Source of the DNA: Piromyces finnis finn
Lineage: Eukaryota; Fungi; Neocallimastigomycota
Assembly: GCA_002104945.1 (NCBI GenBank)
Contig: MCFH01000043.1
Coordinates: 1 to 64,000 of the forward strand
Length of the DNA stretch: 64,000 nt
Direction of reading: 5' to 3'
Position 1 is the stretch's first letter; the number at the start of each line of letters is the position of its first letter. Positions 45,944-58,443 of this stretch are shown piece after piece. Both the position numbers and the translations under genes were made by a program. The notes beneath the pieces were generated by a model. That model had not been told where the DNA came from. It ran no database searches and was given only the letters and a program-made list of their open reading frames with translations.

Positions 45944-46516
45944 ATGGCTGACCCATGTATAGCTGCTAATCAAGCTTTCATTGATTATTATGAAACTCAA
46001 AGAATAGGTAACACTAAGTGTAATTTAGATAACCAAAAATTAGATGATAGAGCTGAATATTGCTCCACTTGTATTCCACAATATGATTCCCTTTTATCAA
46101 AAGCATCTACTGCTTGTGGTGAAAATTTTGATGCTAGTATTAAACATAATTATGATTTTGTAAAGTTTTCTAAGCATTATTTATGCCAAAAAGATTCCAA
46201 AACTGATGAATATTGTGATGTTGTTTATAAAAAGGGTTTCAATTATACAATTCCATACAGTGAATGGGATTCTTCTCTTTGTAGCAGTTCTTGTGCTGCT
46301 GAAATTGATAAAGGTATTAGAGAAGTTTCACAAAACTCAGATTTTTTAAAAACTTACAACATCGATTCAGCTTTATTCAATGCTAACTCTAATAACACAA
46401 TTGATTCTTGTACAAAGAAGATAGGTGAAGAAAAGACTAGTGGAGGAAAAGCAATTTCTGCTAACATTTGTTTGTTATCACTTATTATTTGTTTAATTAT
46501 GGCTTACTTAAAGTAA
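45944..46516 (+). CDS. Cys-rich protein, paralogue A (10 Cys, C-terminal GPI-like hydrophobic tail)
   Basis: 190-aa ORF with CSTC, CQKDSKTDEYC and CSSSC; tail TSGGKAISANICLLSLIICLIMAYLK. Collinear with 48593-49339. Confidence 0.9.
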   Translation: MADPCIAANQAFIDYYETQRIGNTKCNLDNQKLDDRAEYCSTCIPQYDSLLSKASTACGENFDASIKHNYDFVKFSKHYLCQKDSKTDEYCDVVYKKGFNYTIPYSEWDSSLCSSSCAAEIDKGIREVSQNSDFLKTYNIDSALFNANSNNTIDSCTKKIGEEKTSGGKAISANICLLSLIICLIMAYLK

Positions 46517-47197
46517 AGAAAATAGTAAAATAATAAATAATTAATATACCAAAAAAATATAATTAAAAAAGAGAATAAATTAAAATCTGATATAATTTAA
46601 GGTATAATTATTAATAATAAAAAAAACTTTCTTAATAAAAAAAAATAATGATTATATATTTATAATCATTATTTTAATATCTTTAAAATTTAATAAAATA
46701 AACTAAGTAGAACAATAAAAGATAATAGAAACAAAAATAAAAATAAAATAATGGAAAACAATGAAAATAAAATAATAATAAAGAAATAAAAAGTATATTA
46801 ATAAAAAATATGAGAAAAAATACATTGTTCATTATCAATATATTTAAGTGATATCATATTGTGTGTTTTGTTTAAAAATATAATTTAAAAATATTATATA
46901 AAGTAACAAATCGTTACAATTTTTTTTAAATTATTAAGTATACTTTTTTAATATTTTTTTTATCGCTTTCTCAGTAATTAATATACTATTTAATATTAAA
47001 ACAAGAGTTTTAAAAAGTTTAATAAGTTATATTCTATTTTATTTTTATTTATTCTTTTTTTTTTTTTTTTTTTTTTTTTTATAAAACAAAACAAAAAAAT
47101 AAAACAAAAAAAAAAAATAAATTAAAATTTTCATGGATAATTCTATTTTTCTAATTTCCGATACTTTATAAGATTATATATATATTTATATATAATA

Positions 47198-47312
47198 TTT
47201 TTTCTAAGAATACATAATACTTTTTAATAGAAAACTTTTAATTTCTGAGTTATCTAATAAGTATTATGTATTCTTAGAAAAAACTCAGAAATTAAAAGTT
47301 TTCTATTAAAAA
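47198..47312. repeat. Interleaved double perfect inverted repeat A-B-spacer-A'-B'
   Basis: A 47198-47222 is the exact reverse complement of 47259-47283 (25 bp). B 47221-47251 is the exact reverse complement of 47282-47312 (31 bp). The 7-nt spacer is ATCTAAT. Confidence 0.95.
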
Positions 47313-47596
47313 TTATAAATAATACTAATAAAGATTAAACAACAAGAATTCTAAAGTTTAAAGAATTGAAGAAATTAATAAATATTATAACTAGAAATGG
47401 AATTATGAAAATAGATTTACTTATTATAAAATAATATTGTATACATTTTGTATCAATAATTTGTGTAACTTTGACATAACTAAATAAATAAATTATAAAC
47501 TTAAAATTTAAAGCTATATTCCTCATTGTAATAATAATAATAATAATAATAATTAGAATATTAAATAATAATAATAATTAGAATAATAAAAATAAA

Positions 47597-47627
<31 letters not shown>

Positions 47628-48592
47628 GAATAATAATAGATTATTTTACTAAATCTATCTATAAAGAAATATAATTAAAGGTTATTCATCCCATTTTCAT
47701 TTAGTAATGAAAATTAAGAATATTACTATATATTACTATATATAATATTTATTAGTAAAGTTTCACAAGGACAAATTAAAGATTAAAATTTAACCTATAA
47801 TAACATAAATACAAAAATTATTAATCCTTAATGCTAATATATAAGAATATAGTGTAATATATAGTACTTAAAATTAAATAATTATAAATAATTAATTATA
47901 ATTATATTGTTAATAGTTTTGAAAAATATTAAATTTTTTTGCTTATTGGCTCATTAAATATTATTTATTATTATTATAATATAATTTTAATTTATTATAA
48001 TAAAAAAAAACAGGTGAATAATAGAAAATTTATATATTTTTTAAATTAGGTTTTAAAAATTATTTTAAAATAAAAACTGCAAAAAGTTCAAAAAAAAAAA
48101 AAAAACATAGTTTTTAAAAATAATAAAAACTAATTTAAAAGAGTAATAATAATAATAAAAAAAAAAAACTAACAGTAAGTTTTAAATAACAATATTATTG
48201 CAATAAAATATATACATAATATATACATATTTTAAAACAATAAAAAAAAAATTGAAAATAGATAATAATATGATTTAAAAAAATAATTTAAAAAAATAAT
48301 AAAATAAAAATAAAATTAAATAATTCAAAGGAATGACTAATTGAGCTTAAAATTTATTATTATTAAATCAAAATACTCAACAATTGATGATAACTGATAA
48401 ATATTTAATAATTAATAGAATAATTTATAATTTGTAATTCTATATTTAAAAAATATTTTATATATTATAAAATTTCAAATAAATCTTTTTATTCAATTAG
48501 AACTCATTAATGAGTCCATTTCATTTTTTTTTTAAAAAAATAAATTATTAAAATATTTTATAAAATTATTTATATAATAATTTAAATAGAAA

Positions 48593-49339
48593 ATGGCTGA
48601 CCCATGTATTGCTGCTACTCAAGAATTCATTCAATATTATGAAGCTCAAAGTAATACCAATTGCAATTTAGATAATCAACAATTAGCAAACAGAGCTGAA
48701 TACTGTTCAAAATGTATTCCACAATATGATTCACTTTTATCAAAGGCTTCTGCTGCTTGTGGTGCTCAATTTGATCCAAGTGTTAGTCATAACTATGATT
48801 TTGTAAAACTTGCCAAATATTTCTTCTGTACTACTGATTCTAAAACCGGAGAATACTGTGATGCCGTTTATATAAGAGGTTTCAATTACAAAGTTCCATA
48901 CAGTCAATGGGATCCATCAATCTGTAGTAGCTCTTGTGTTAACCAAATTGATCAAGGTATTAGAGAAGTTTCCAACAATTCAGTCTTATTAAATAACTAC
49001 AACATTGACCCATCTTTATTCAGTGGTTCCTCTAACCCAGTTAGCTCTTGCTCAGGAGCTTCCACTGGAATTACTGGTGGAGCTACTGGAACCACCGGAG
49101 CTACTGGTATGAACGGAAATACTGGTATGAACGGAAATACTGGTATGAATGGAAATACTGGTATGAATGGAGCTACTGGTATGAATGGAAATACCGGTTC
49201 TCTTGGAACTACTGGTACTACTACTGGTACTATGGGAAAGATAACACCACTCGGTACTACAAGTAGTGCTAATACTCTCTCTGCTCAAATTTGCTTATTA
49301 TCTCTTTTCATTTGCTTTATTATGGCATTATTAAAGTAA
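48593..49339 (+). CDS. Cys-rich protein, paralogue B (10 Cys, Gly/Thr/Met/Asn repeat stalk, GPI-like tail)
   Basis: 248-aa ORF with the same Cys spacing as 45944-46516, a TGMNG(N/A) x5 stalk, and tail TSSANTLSAQICLLSLFICFIMALLK. Confidence 0.9.
   Translation: MADPCIAATQEFIQYYEAQSNTNCNLDNQQLANRAEYCSKCIPQYDSLLSKASAACGAQFDPSVSHNYDFVKLAKYFFCTTDSKTGEYCDAVYIRGFNYKVPYSQWDPSICSSSCVNQIDQGIREVSNNSVLLNNYNIDPSLFSGSSNPVSSCSGASTGITGGATGTTGATGMNGNTGMNGNTGMNGNTGMNGATGMNGNTGSLGTTGTTTGTMGKITPLGTTSSANTLSAQICLLSLFICFIMALLK
49103..49192 (+). repeat. 18-bp coding tandem repeat x5 (TGMNGN)
   Basis: ACTGGTATGAA(C/T)GGA(AA/GC)T at 49103, 49121, 49139, 49157 and 49175. Confidence 0.95.
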
Positions 49340-50049
49340 ATTAATTATTAACAATTCATAAAACATCAAAAATATAATTAATATACCAAAAAAAAAAAAA
49401 AATAGAAATTACAAAATATTTAAAAAGGAAAAAATTTATATATTTTAAAAAACTAAATCATATATATATCAAAAAAAAAAAAGTTTATTATTGTTAGTTT
49501 ATAAAAAATAAAAAAAAAATATTAAACCATGTTTTGATTTGTTTTTATTAAAAATAATTTAAATAAATAATATAAAAAATAAAAAATTAAAATTTGTATA
49601 TCGTTAAAGTGAAATATTAAAATAATTTTGATTTAATGAAGTAATGAAGGGAAATGTTTTAATATCAATGTTGATTATTTATATCATATAATTATATATA
49701 ACATTTTGTTTAATCAATGATTAAAAATTTAAATATATGAAAAATATTTATATATAATCTCTTATTAGGTTTTGAAAGAATTATGGAAAATTTTATATGA
49801 TAAATAACAAAAATGTATCATCAGAAAATAAGTATACAATTAATTGAAAAAAGAACTTCTAAATAATAATTAGCTTTTGAATTTTTTTTTTTAAAAAAAA
49901 AAAGTGAAAAACTATATTTATCACTTAAAATTTTATAGAAAGTATAGGTAGCACAATTAAAAGATTTAAATATATGTAAATAATTTTTTGTCAATATGAA
50001 TTTAAAAGAAAAAAATATATGAAATATAATATTTTTTTGGTTTGATGCC

Positions 50050-50094
<45 letters not shown>

Positions 50095-51142
50095 TTTTTT
50101 GGTATTATTAAATATATTAAATAAATATTGGTAAAAGTGGTGATAATATTAATAACATAATACAAGATAAAAAGTAGCATGATGGAATGAATAATTATGA
50201 AATCATTAATATATGAAAATAAACTTTCTATTAAAATATTTTATATAGAATAATTTAAAGTTTCAGTGGTTTGAACCGTAGCAATAAAAGAAATAAAAAA
50301 TATTGTTATTAAATTATTAGATATGTGGCAAAAAAATAAAAATAAAACAAATCATTAAAAATGAATAATTGTAATAACATAATCGGTATAATATTAAAGT
50401 TAATTTATAGATTAATAAGAATTTATTTATAGCTTTAAACTCTTTTCTCATAAATTCATCAAGGAATAAGGTAATGTTGTAAATGAAATAAAAGTAAAGC
50501 AATATAATGTTTTTCTTTTAACTCTATTTGTTACATATATTTGTATTACCTCTTTTATTATTATTAATATATATACATATTATCATACTGTAAATTACAG
50601 TTTATAATAATAATTTTTTTTTTTTTTTTAATTAATATTTCTCTTTAAGTTTTATTTTAATAAACGTAAATTTGGAAAAATATATTTTTATTAATAAAAA
50701 TTAAAATATATATAAATTAAAGTTTATCTAAATTAATAAAATTATTTAATATAATATAATATTATTATAAAATGTTTTAAAGTGTAAAATAGATAAAAAA
50801 AATTTGATAATTAATAATTAGTAAAATCCATTTATTATTAATAAGTAATTATATGAAATTTTAATTATTAACAATTTTAATACTAATATTTTTATCATAA
50901 TATTTAAGTTTGTCTAGTTTATATATATATATATATATATATTTTTTATTAGTATTTTTTTTCACTTTAAAAGTAAAAGAGTAAAAAATTGACAAATCTT
51001 TTAAAAAGAATAATTATTATAAATAATATTAATAAAAAAATATTATACTTTTTTTTTTTTAAAAAATAAGGTAATAAAATATTAAAATATTTTTTTCATT
51101 TTTATTAATAAAAATCGAAAGAAAAGGCATAATTCTTGAACA

Positions 51143-51176
<34 letters not shown>

Positions 51177-51632
51177 TTTGCAATAAATTTATACAATAAA
51201 TAATTTCTTTATTATTAGTTTTTTTTTTCCCCTTCATCCTTCAATTAACAATTTTATTTATAGTAAAACATAAACATATATAATTATATTTAATTTTTAT
51301 AAAATATTATCATACTTTTGAAATTATTTATTATTTATTTTAATATAATGAAAAATAAAAAAAGCAATAAAGCAATTAAAATAGGATATATAAGTAATAA
51401 TTAAATAAAATATTTTTTTTTTTTTTATTTTTGAAAACTAGAGCACACTCAAAAAAAAAAAAAAAAAAAAAAAAAGAAGAAGAAGAAGAAGAAGAGAAAT
51501 AATTAAAAAGAAAAAAGTAAAATAAAAGATATAAATAAGAGCTTACAAAATATATTATCAAATTATATACTAATTTATATATCTTTATTTATCCTTTTAA
51601 ATCAATACATTAATATAAAAGAAAAAATAATA

Positions 51633-54600
51633 ATGTCTTTTTTTTCAAAAAATCCTTTTTATGATATGCTTGGTAAATAATTAACATTTATTTTGCCATA
51701 TCAATTTATTATATTTAATAGCGTTATATAGAAATTTCATAATTTGATGCGTGAATATATATATAAATATAATTAATATAAATTACTTTTTTTATTATTA
51801 CTTTTTAATAATAGAAAAAGCAACTTCTGAAAATATACCCGGTGCAGAAGAAGATGTAGCTTTAAATTTAGATATTGCTGATATAATTAAGAGTAAAAAG
51901 ATTTCAGCAATTGATGCAGTTAATGCTCTAAAGAAAAAACTTGAAAATGAAAATCCAAATGTTCAATTATTAACTATTAAAGTAAATGTTATAAACAAAT
52001 ATGTTATATATATATATATTTTGGGGGGAGACTAAAATAATAATAACAATAATAATAAAACTATATCAAATTCATATAATTTATTTTTTATTATTTATAA
52101 TTTTAAATAATAATTAACAAAATTCATATTTTTATATTTATTGGCATATATAAATAATAAATAAACAGTTATTAGATTGCTGTATTAAAAACAGTGGTAA
52201 TCATTTTTTAGCAAAAGTTTCTCAAAAAGAAATTGTTGATTCAATGACTTCCATTATTCGTTCTGTAATTAAACATATATCTATACTACATTAAGAAAAA
52301 GAAAAATAACAGTATAATTATTTATTATTTAACTAACTTAACTTATATATTGTTTTATTTTAAATAATAATAATCAATATGAAATGTAATGTTAATTCAT
52401 TCAATTCACCTCATAAAAACCTTTTTTATTTCAGAGTTTAACTATTCCAGAACTTAAAAAGGTTGCTTTAACATATTTCCAAAATTGGGCTCTTGCTTTT
52501 AGAACTAAACCGGATTTATATTATTTACCAAATGTTTATAATGAATTAAAAAGAGAAGGTAATATCAAAGTAATAGTAATAGTAATAATAATAGAAAAAA
52601 TAGTAATATCAAAGTAATAGTAATAGTAATAATAAAAAGAATAGTAATATTAAAATACTATGAAAGTTTTATAAAATTAATAATTATAATAATTATAATT
52701 ATTTTATTTCATATTAATATAAAAAATAATAAAATAGGATACCGTTTCCCAGCCATTAATCAATCAAATGTTTCTGAGTTTTTAATTGACACAGAAACTG
52801 TATGTGAATACTAATATTATTATATATTGCAATTATTCTTACTAATTAATTATTACTATTTATATTAACTTTTAAATAAATAAATACATATACTTTCAAT
52901 AAAAAATATTTCAAATATTAAAGGCACCAGAATGGTCTGATGGCAATGTTTGTATGAGATGTCGTACAAATTTTACTACTTTCACTCGTAAACATCATTG
53001 TAGAAAGTGTGGTCTTGTTTTCTGTAATGATTGCTGCAATAAAAGAATTCCATTACCTTCACTCGGTATTACAGATTCAGTAAGAGTTTGTGAATCTTGT
53101 TATTACAAAGTAAATCCATCTTATGAAGTCCCAAATCAAAGCAATCCAAATAATGATGTTGATTTCAACGATAATGATTTCTATGGTGATAATGATTATA
53201 TTTATAATTATGATAATAACAGTAGTAATAATTATTCAGGAACTAATCAACAACAGAATGATTTAATAAGTAAGGAGGAAGATGATATTAAACGCGCTAT
53301 TGAACTTTCTCTTAAAGAAGCTGAAAATTCAAATAATCCTATAGTTTCCTCAAATAATAATAGTAAATCAAAAACATTTTCTATCGAGGAACAACCAATA
53401 AATAGTGATGACGAAGAAGAACAACTAAGACGTGCTATTGAAGCTTCATTACAAGAAGTTAGAATTTCAGAAAAACCAAACACAAATTCTAATGAATCAC
53501 ATATTGCATCAGATAATCCAGATGAACTTTTAACTACCGAAATTGAAAATATTAAACTCTTTTCACAACTAATGGAGAAAATTAGTACAGAAGTACCTAT
53601 TAAAGGATTACAAGCTATCAATGATACACAAGTTCAAGTAATTATATCATAATATAAAATATAAATTGTTATATAAAAAAATTTTTTTTTATTGTCCATT
53701 CATTATTAATTAATTTCATTTTTTATTTATTGTGATTAACAATTAATTCTTTTTTTTTTTTTTTTCTATTTATATCAATTATTTTCTTATTATAATTAAT
53801 ATGATTATTATGTTTATATTTTACTTTTATTATACCTTTTTTTACACTCTTTATAATAGGCATTACATGTTCAAATATCATCACTTCATCCAAAAGTTAT
53901 GAAAAATAAGAATTATTATGAAGAAAAGTATAGAAAGTTTAATGATATTCATGAAAAATTAATAGTGGCTAAGAGATTATATGACCAGATTCTTTCACAA
54001 CGTATTGATGCTGCACGTCCAGGAAGCGCTTACTCATCTTCAGTATTATATCAACCTTCTTCATCGATTCAACAACCATATGCCTATAATCCATATAGCG
54101 TTCCACCAACTGTTACTTCACATGAAAGTGCTATTGATCCACAAATCCAACCAACCTATTTAGGTCAATACCCAACCTATCCAATACCACAACAAGTTCC
54201 AGGACAACCACAACAATCTGTACCAGGACAAGATATATCCTTACAGCAACAACCTCAAATGATACCACCACAGCAAGTACCTTTACAACAAATGCCACCA
54301 ACAGCAGTTCAAACTCCACCTACTCAAGTTCCATCTGTCCAGGCTGTACCTAACCAGTCTATACCAGGACAAGGTCAACCTACTCAAACTGTACCTGGAC
54401 AAGTATTATCTGGTCAAACCCCATCAATTCAAGCTCTTCCTCCACAAGTTTCACAAACTCTTCCTGTTCAAGCTCCACCTGCTCAAGCCCCAGTTCCTCA
54501 ATCTCTTCCTCTTCAAACTCAACAGCCAATAGTAAATTCACAAGATATGAAAACCATGAACTATGGAATTGAATATGCACCACCAGGTGCTGTTCCATAT

Positions 54601-54744
54601 GTACAACAACCTTATTTACCAATGCAACAACCAAACGTTGTATCAGAAGCACAACAAGTTCCATATTCTATGGCACCAGTACCAGCTGTTCAACAAGCTC
54701 CACCACCAGAACCAGTAGAAGAAAAGCCATTAATTGAATTATAA
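51633..54744 (+). CDS. VPS27: ESCRT-0 subunit Vps27/Hrs (VHS-FYVE-2xUIM-coiled coil/GAT-P/Q-rich tail)
   Basis: Exons 51633-51672, 51815-51981, 52169-52264, 52435-52558, 52738-52799, 52924-53637, 53860-54744. VHS NPNVQLL..LLDCCIKNSG; FYVE APEW..CMRC..RKHHCRKCGLVFC..VRVCESC; UIMs EEDDIKRAIELSL and EEEQLRRAIEASL; C-terminal PLIEL clathrin-box-like motif. Confidence 0.95.
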
Positions 54745-55280
54745 TAAATTTAAAAAAAAAAAATCAGAAATACTAAGAGTTATAAAAAAAAAAAAAAAAA
54801 AAAAATCATTATTATAGTATTACAATAATTAATAAAACGGAAATCAAAACAAAATAAAATGGTAATAAAAGCAATAATATCAAAATCAATATATTGATAC
54901 TTTTATTAAATTTTTGATATAAAAAAAAAAAAATAAATAAATATATGTAATTAATATATAATTAATAATAATAAGTAAAAATAAAAACGGAATTTATAAA
55001 ATATTATAAATATTTATAAATGACTATTAAAAAAAAAAAAAAGTATTTATTTTTTACTTTATATATATACAAATTAAATAAAAAAATATTTAAAATGATG
55101 TTCTCATGTTGTTTTAATTTTTATGTTGGTTAATATTTTTTCGTATTTTATTATTAAATTAAAAAACATGTCCAAAATTTCTTTTAGAACTTGAATATTA
55201 TTATTTTATTCTTTTATTGACTATTATAATTAAATAAAAAAAAAATATTATCTGTGTCATTATTATTTTAGTACTTTTAG

Positions 55281-55316
<36 letters not shown>

Positions 55317-55901
55317 CAAGATGTTTCTACTTATAAAATTATAAATTACCACCAATCCACTCTATTCATAAAAGTCTTATTAGTTTTAATTTATTTTGAA
55401 ACAAAAATGAAACTATTCGTTTTTAAAATAAATTAAATGAATTGAGACATTTTATTTATTGATTTATTTTTCAACTGTAAATATATTCATTTTTAAGTAT
55501 TCATATATAATTTATAGCCTATATTTAATTTCGTAGTTAATTCTTCTAGTGATTTTAACTGTGTTTTATTTAATTTAATGCTTTATATACATATTTTTTT
55601 CATATTTTCATAAGTAGTGAAAATAAATATAAAAAATAAAAAGTATACCACAATAAATTTTTATGATTTTAATAACTTATTACTCTATAATTTTTCATTT
55701 GTGTTTAGTATTTTAATGTATTATTACCATACTATATGAAATATAATTAAAAAAAAAAAAAAAAGAAAGAATTGATAATTTAAATACATAAATTTATATT
55801 AGAGATCCAAATATATTTTTTGTTTAGTTATAGAACTTTATTTATTTTTATTATAAATTGATTTATTATTTTCTTTCTACTACATTAAATCTTTTTTTTT
55901 T

Positions 55902-57305
55902 TTAATAAATTGGTGGATTGGCATTCTTAATTAATTGGACAAAGTAATCATGGAACCAGTCACCAGCATTACCAGCACCTGGTAAAGAGTCAGAATGGGC
56001 ACAAACTGGATCAGCATAGGCACCTTGAGAAGAACCATCAGAGTCACCTCCTGGCTTTAACCACATGTAAGCATCTAATAATGGCATGTTAACAGTATCT
56101 GGATCACCCTTTGGACGTTCACCAAAACCAGTACCAACAACATTACACCAAGTACCAGTACTGACTAAAGATGGAGCAACATCAACACCATTACGAGAGG
56201 TATCGACAATGAATTTCTTTCCATAAAGACCAACTCTTTGAAGAGCATTGTTAAGCTTTTGGTGGTAAGCATATTCATCTCTGGTAGATTGATAATTGGA
56301 AACATTAGTAGATAAACCACGAAGTTTTCCATTTGGAGCTTGGTCAACAATATCCTTAATAATTTGTGCAACTTCATCAGTATGAGAACCTAACCATCTA
56401 CCATGAGCAGCATCGATGTAGGCTTGGACATTGCTAAGAGAACCTAAGGTGTTAAGAGCATAAGCAATAGCTTGCTTGTGAAGATTGTGGACGTTCTTAC
56501 ATCTATCGTTACTTTGAGAAGTAATCATATTACCAAGAGTATCAGGTTCAATAACAACAACAATCTTACTTTCTGGATGACTCTTGAAACCATTGAGGAC
56601 TCTGTTAACATATTGTTGATATTCACTAATGTTTTGGGCACCACCTTGAGAAGCGTAACTGTTACAATCACGAGTTGGAATCCAATAAAGAATAAAGACG
56701 GCAGTTTGGCTACCAGCTTGGCTAAGATGCCATGAAACAGATTCTGGAGCCTTATCCCAAGATAACCAAATGGCAGTTGGAATATCTTGAACTTTTTGAG
56801 CTTTAGATCTTAATTCACCACTTAACTTGTTGATAGAAGTTTGAACACGGTCCTTACGATCTTGATTACAGTAAATTTGGTTGTTGAAAAAGTTGCTTGG
56901 ATCACCATTATTGTTGTTGTTATTATTATTGTTGTTGTTATTGTTGTTATTGTTGTTATTGTTGTTGTTGTTGTTGTTACTGTTTGAGCAAGAACTTGGA
57001 AGACCACACCAGTTACCATTTTCAATACCCCATTTACCGTCTTGGTCTTCGTAGACAGAATTACAATGACTACAGCATTGATAACCAAGAGCATTGAATT
57101 TACAATAACCATTGTTGTTATTGTTGTTGTTGTTGTTACATTTGTAGTCTTGGATTAAACACCAATTGTTATTTTCAACACCCCATTTACCATCATTATC
57201 AGTGTAATAAACTTGACCACAGTTGTTACAACATGGATAATTTGGATGGCAAGAGGATGCAAGAGCACCAACAGCAAATAAAGAAATAAGACTTAAGTAT
57301 TTCAT
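55902..57305 (-). CDS. Cellulosomal GH6 cellulase (CelA/Cel6-type): signal peptide, two fungal dockerins (CBM10/NCDD), poly-Asn linkers, GH6 catalytic domain
   Basis: Signal peptide MKYLSLISLFAVGALA; dockerins YPCC..YYTDNDGKWGVENNNWC and YQCC..YEDQDGKWGIENGNWC; GH6 motifs PTAIWL, YWIPTRDC, VIEPDTLGN, YIDAAHGRWLG, NVSNY, FIVDTSRNG, WCNV, DAYMWLKPGGDSDG. Intronless. Confidence 0.97.
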   Translation of the reverse strand: MKYLSLISLFAVGALASSCHPNYPCCNNCGQVYYTDNDGKWGVENNNWCLIQDYKCNNNNNNNNNGYCKFNALGYQCCSHCNSVYEDQDGKWGIENGNWCGLPSSCSNSNNNNNNNNNNNNNNNNNNNNNNNNGDPSNFFNNQIYCNQDRKDRVQTSINKLSGELRSKAQKVQDIPTAIWLSWDKAPESVSWHLSQAGSQTAVFILYWIPTRDCNSYASQGGAQNISEYQQYVNRVLNGFKSHPESKIVVVIEPDTLGNMITSQSNDRCKNVHNLHKQAIAYALNTLGSLSNVQAYIDAAHGRWLGSHTDEVAQIIKDIVDQAPNGKLRGLSTNVSNYQSTRDEYAYHQKLNNALQRVGLYGKKFIVDTSRNGVDVAPSLVSTGTWCNVVGTGFGERPKGDPDTVNMPLLDAYMWLKPGGDSDGSSQGAYADPVCAHSDSLPGAGNAGDWFHDYFVQLIKNANPPIY

Positions 57306-58272
57306 TTTTTTTTTAACTTTTTATTTTTTATTATTATTATTATTATTTTTTTTTTTTTTGAAGGTTTTTTTTTTATTTTTAATAATTAAAAAAATTCAAC
57401 CAGTGAATTTTACTAATATTTAATTTGCAAGCAAATTAATTTTTAAAGAATATAAAAATTTAAAGGAAATTCAAGTTTTTATATACAATTCATGAAATTA
57501 AGAAATTTTTTGAATAATAAAAATGATCTAAATTAGTTAGTGTAGATAGTTTCGTACAGAAAAAATTGTACTACGTTAGTATGGGTCATCTTTATTATCT
57601 TTATTCATTTATATAAATTTTATATATTGTTATTATATATGTCAAAGGTTAGAGATTTTTCTTTTTATAGTTTAAGTTAGCTATTACACAAAATGCCAAT
57701 AAATAAGTAAATCTTTTAATTTTGTGTGACTTGACCAAAAATAGAATAAAAAATAAAAAATAAAGTTTTACTAAAATATTGTATATTATGTATTTTAATA
57801 TTGTAAAAATCGCTAATCATTTAATTAGAAGGAAAATAAACCAATAATACCTTTAATAAACGAAAATCTTTATTTATACCAAAGCTTTAAAGAATAAAAT
57901 TTATGAGGTATTAAAAGAAAAAGTATCTTCTTTTTTTTTTTCTTAAAATTAAAAACTAGAAAAAAAAAATAAAATAAAATATAAAATACTAAACATTATT
58001 TTCTATTATTATATTATATAGAAATATGTTCTTTAGATCAATAAAGCTTCAATAATAAAAGACAATTAATCTTATTCATCAGATGATAAAATAAGTGATT
58101 TGTGAGTAACTAACACTACATAATAATATAATGCCACAATTTTCTTTTTTTAATTTCCATTATTCTATTTTGATCTATAGAAAAAGTTACTACTACCAAT
58201 AATAAAAGCAATTTAGAATTGCAGTTGTTGTATACAAATACTAGTTAATATATTAAAGGGAAATAAATAATA

Positions 58273-58442
58273 TTAACAACCAAAAGAATTAAATTAAATT
58301 TATATTATTAATTTATTACATTGTTCTACAAACCCATCAATTTATGTATTTGTATTAATTTAATGTATTTGTATTAAATATTTAGTGGTCTAGAATCAAG
58401 CCACAAATTGTATATAAGAAAGAAAATTTTTCATGTATTTTA
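58273..58442. repeat. Dispersed repeat, copy 2 (homologous to 44583-44730), ending at the putative LTR boundary
   Basis: Same collinear blocks as copy 1; similarity stops at ATGTATTTTA immediately before TGTAAAAG (58444). Confidence 0.75.
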
Positions 58443-58443
58443 A

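Noticed and set aside
47335-51561. Small ORFs 47335-47526, 49821-50180, 50317-50502 and 51376-51561 labelled + in the track
   Set aside because: Their translations match the minus strand; they are AT-rich intergenic noise with homopolymer-derived residues.
56822-57112. Poly-Thr and poly-Cys ORFs over the GH6 linker
   Set aside because: Alternative readings of the AAC/AAT linker repeat.
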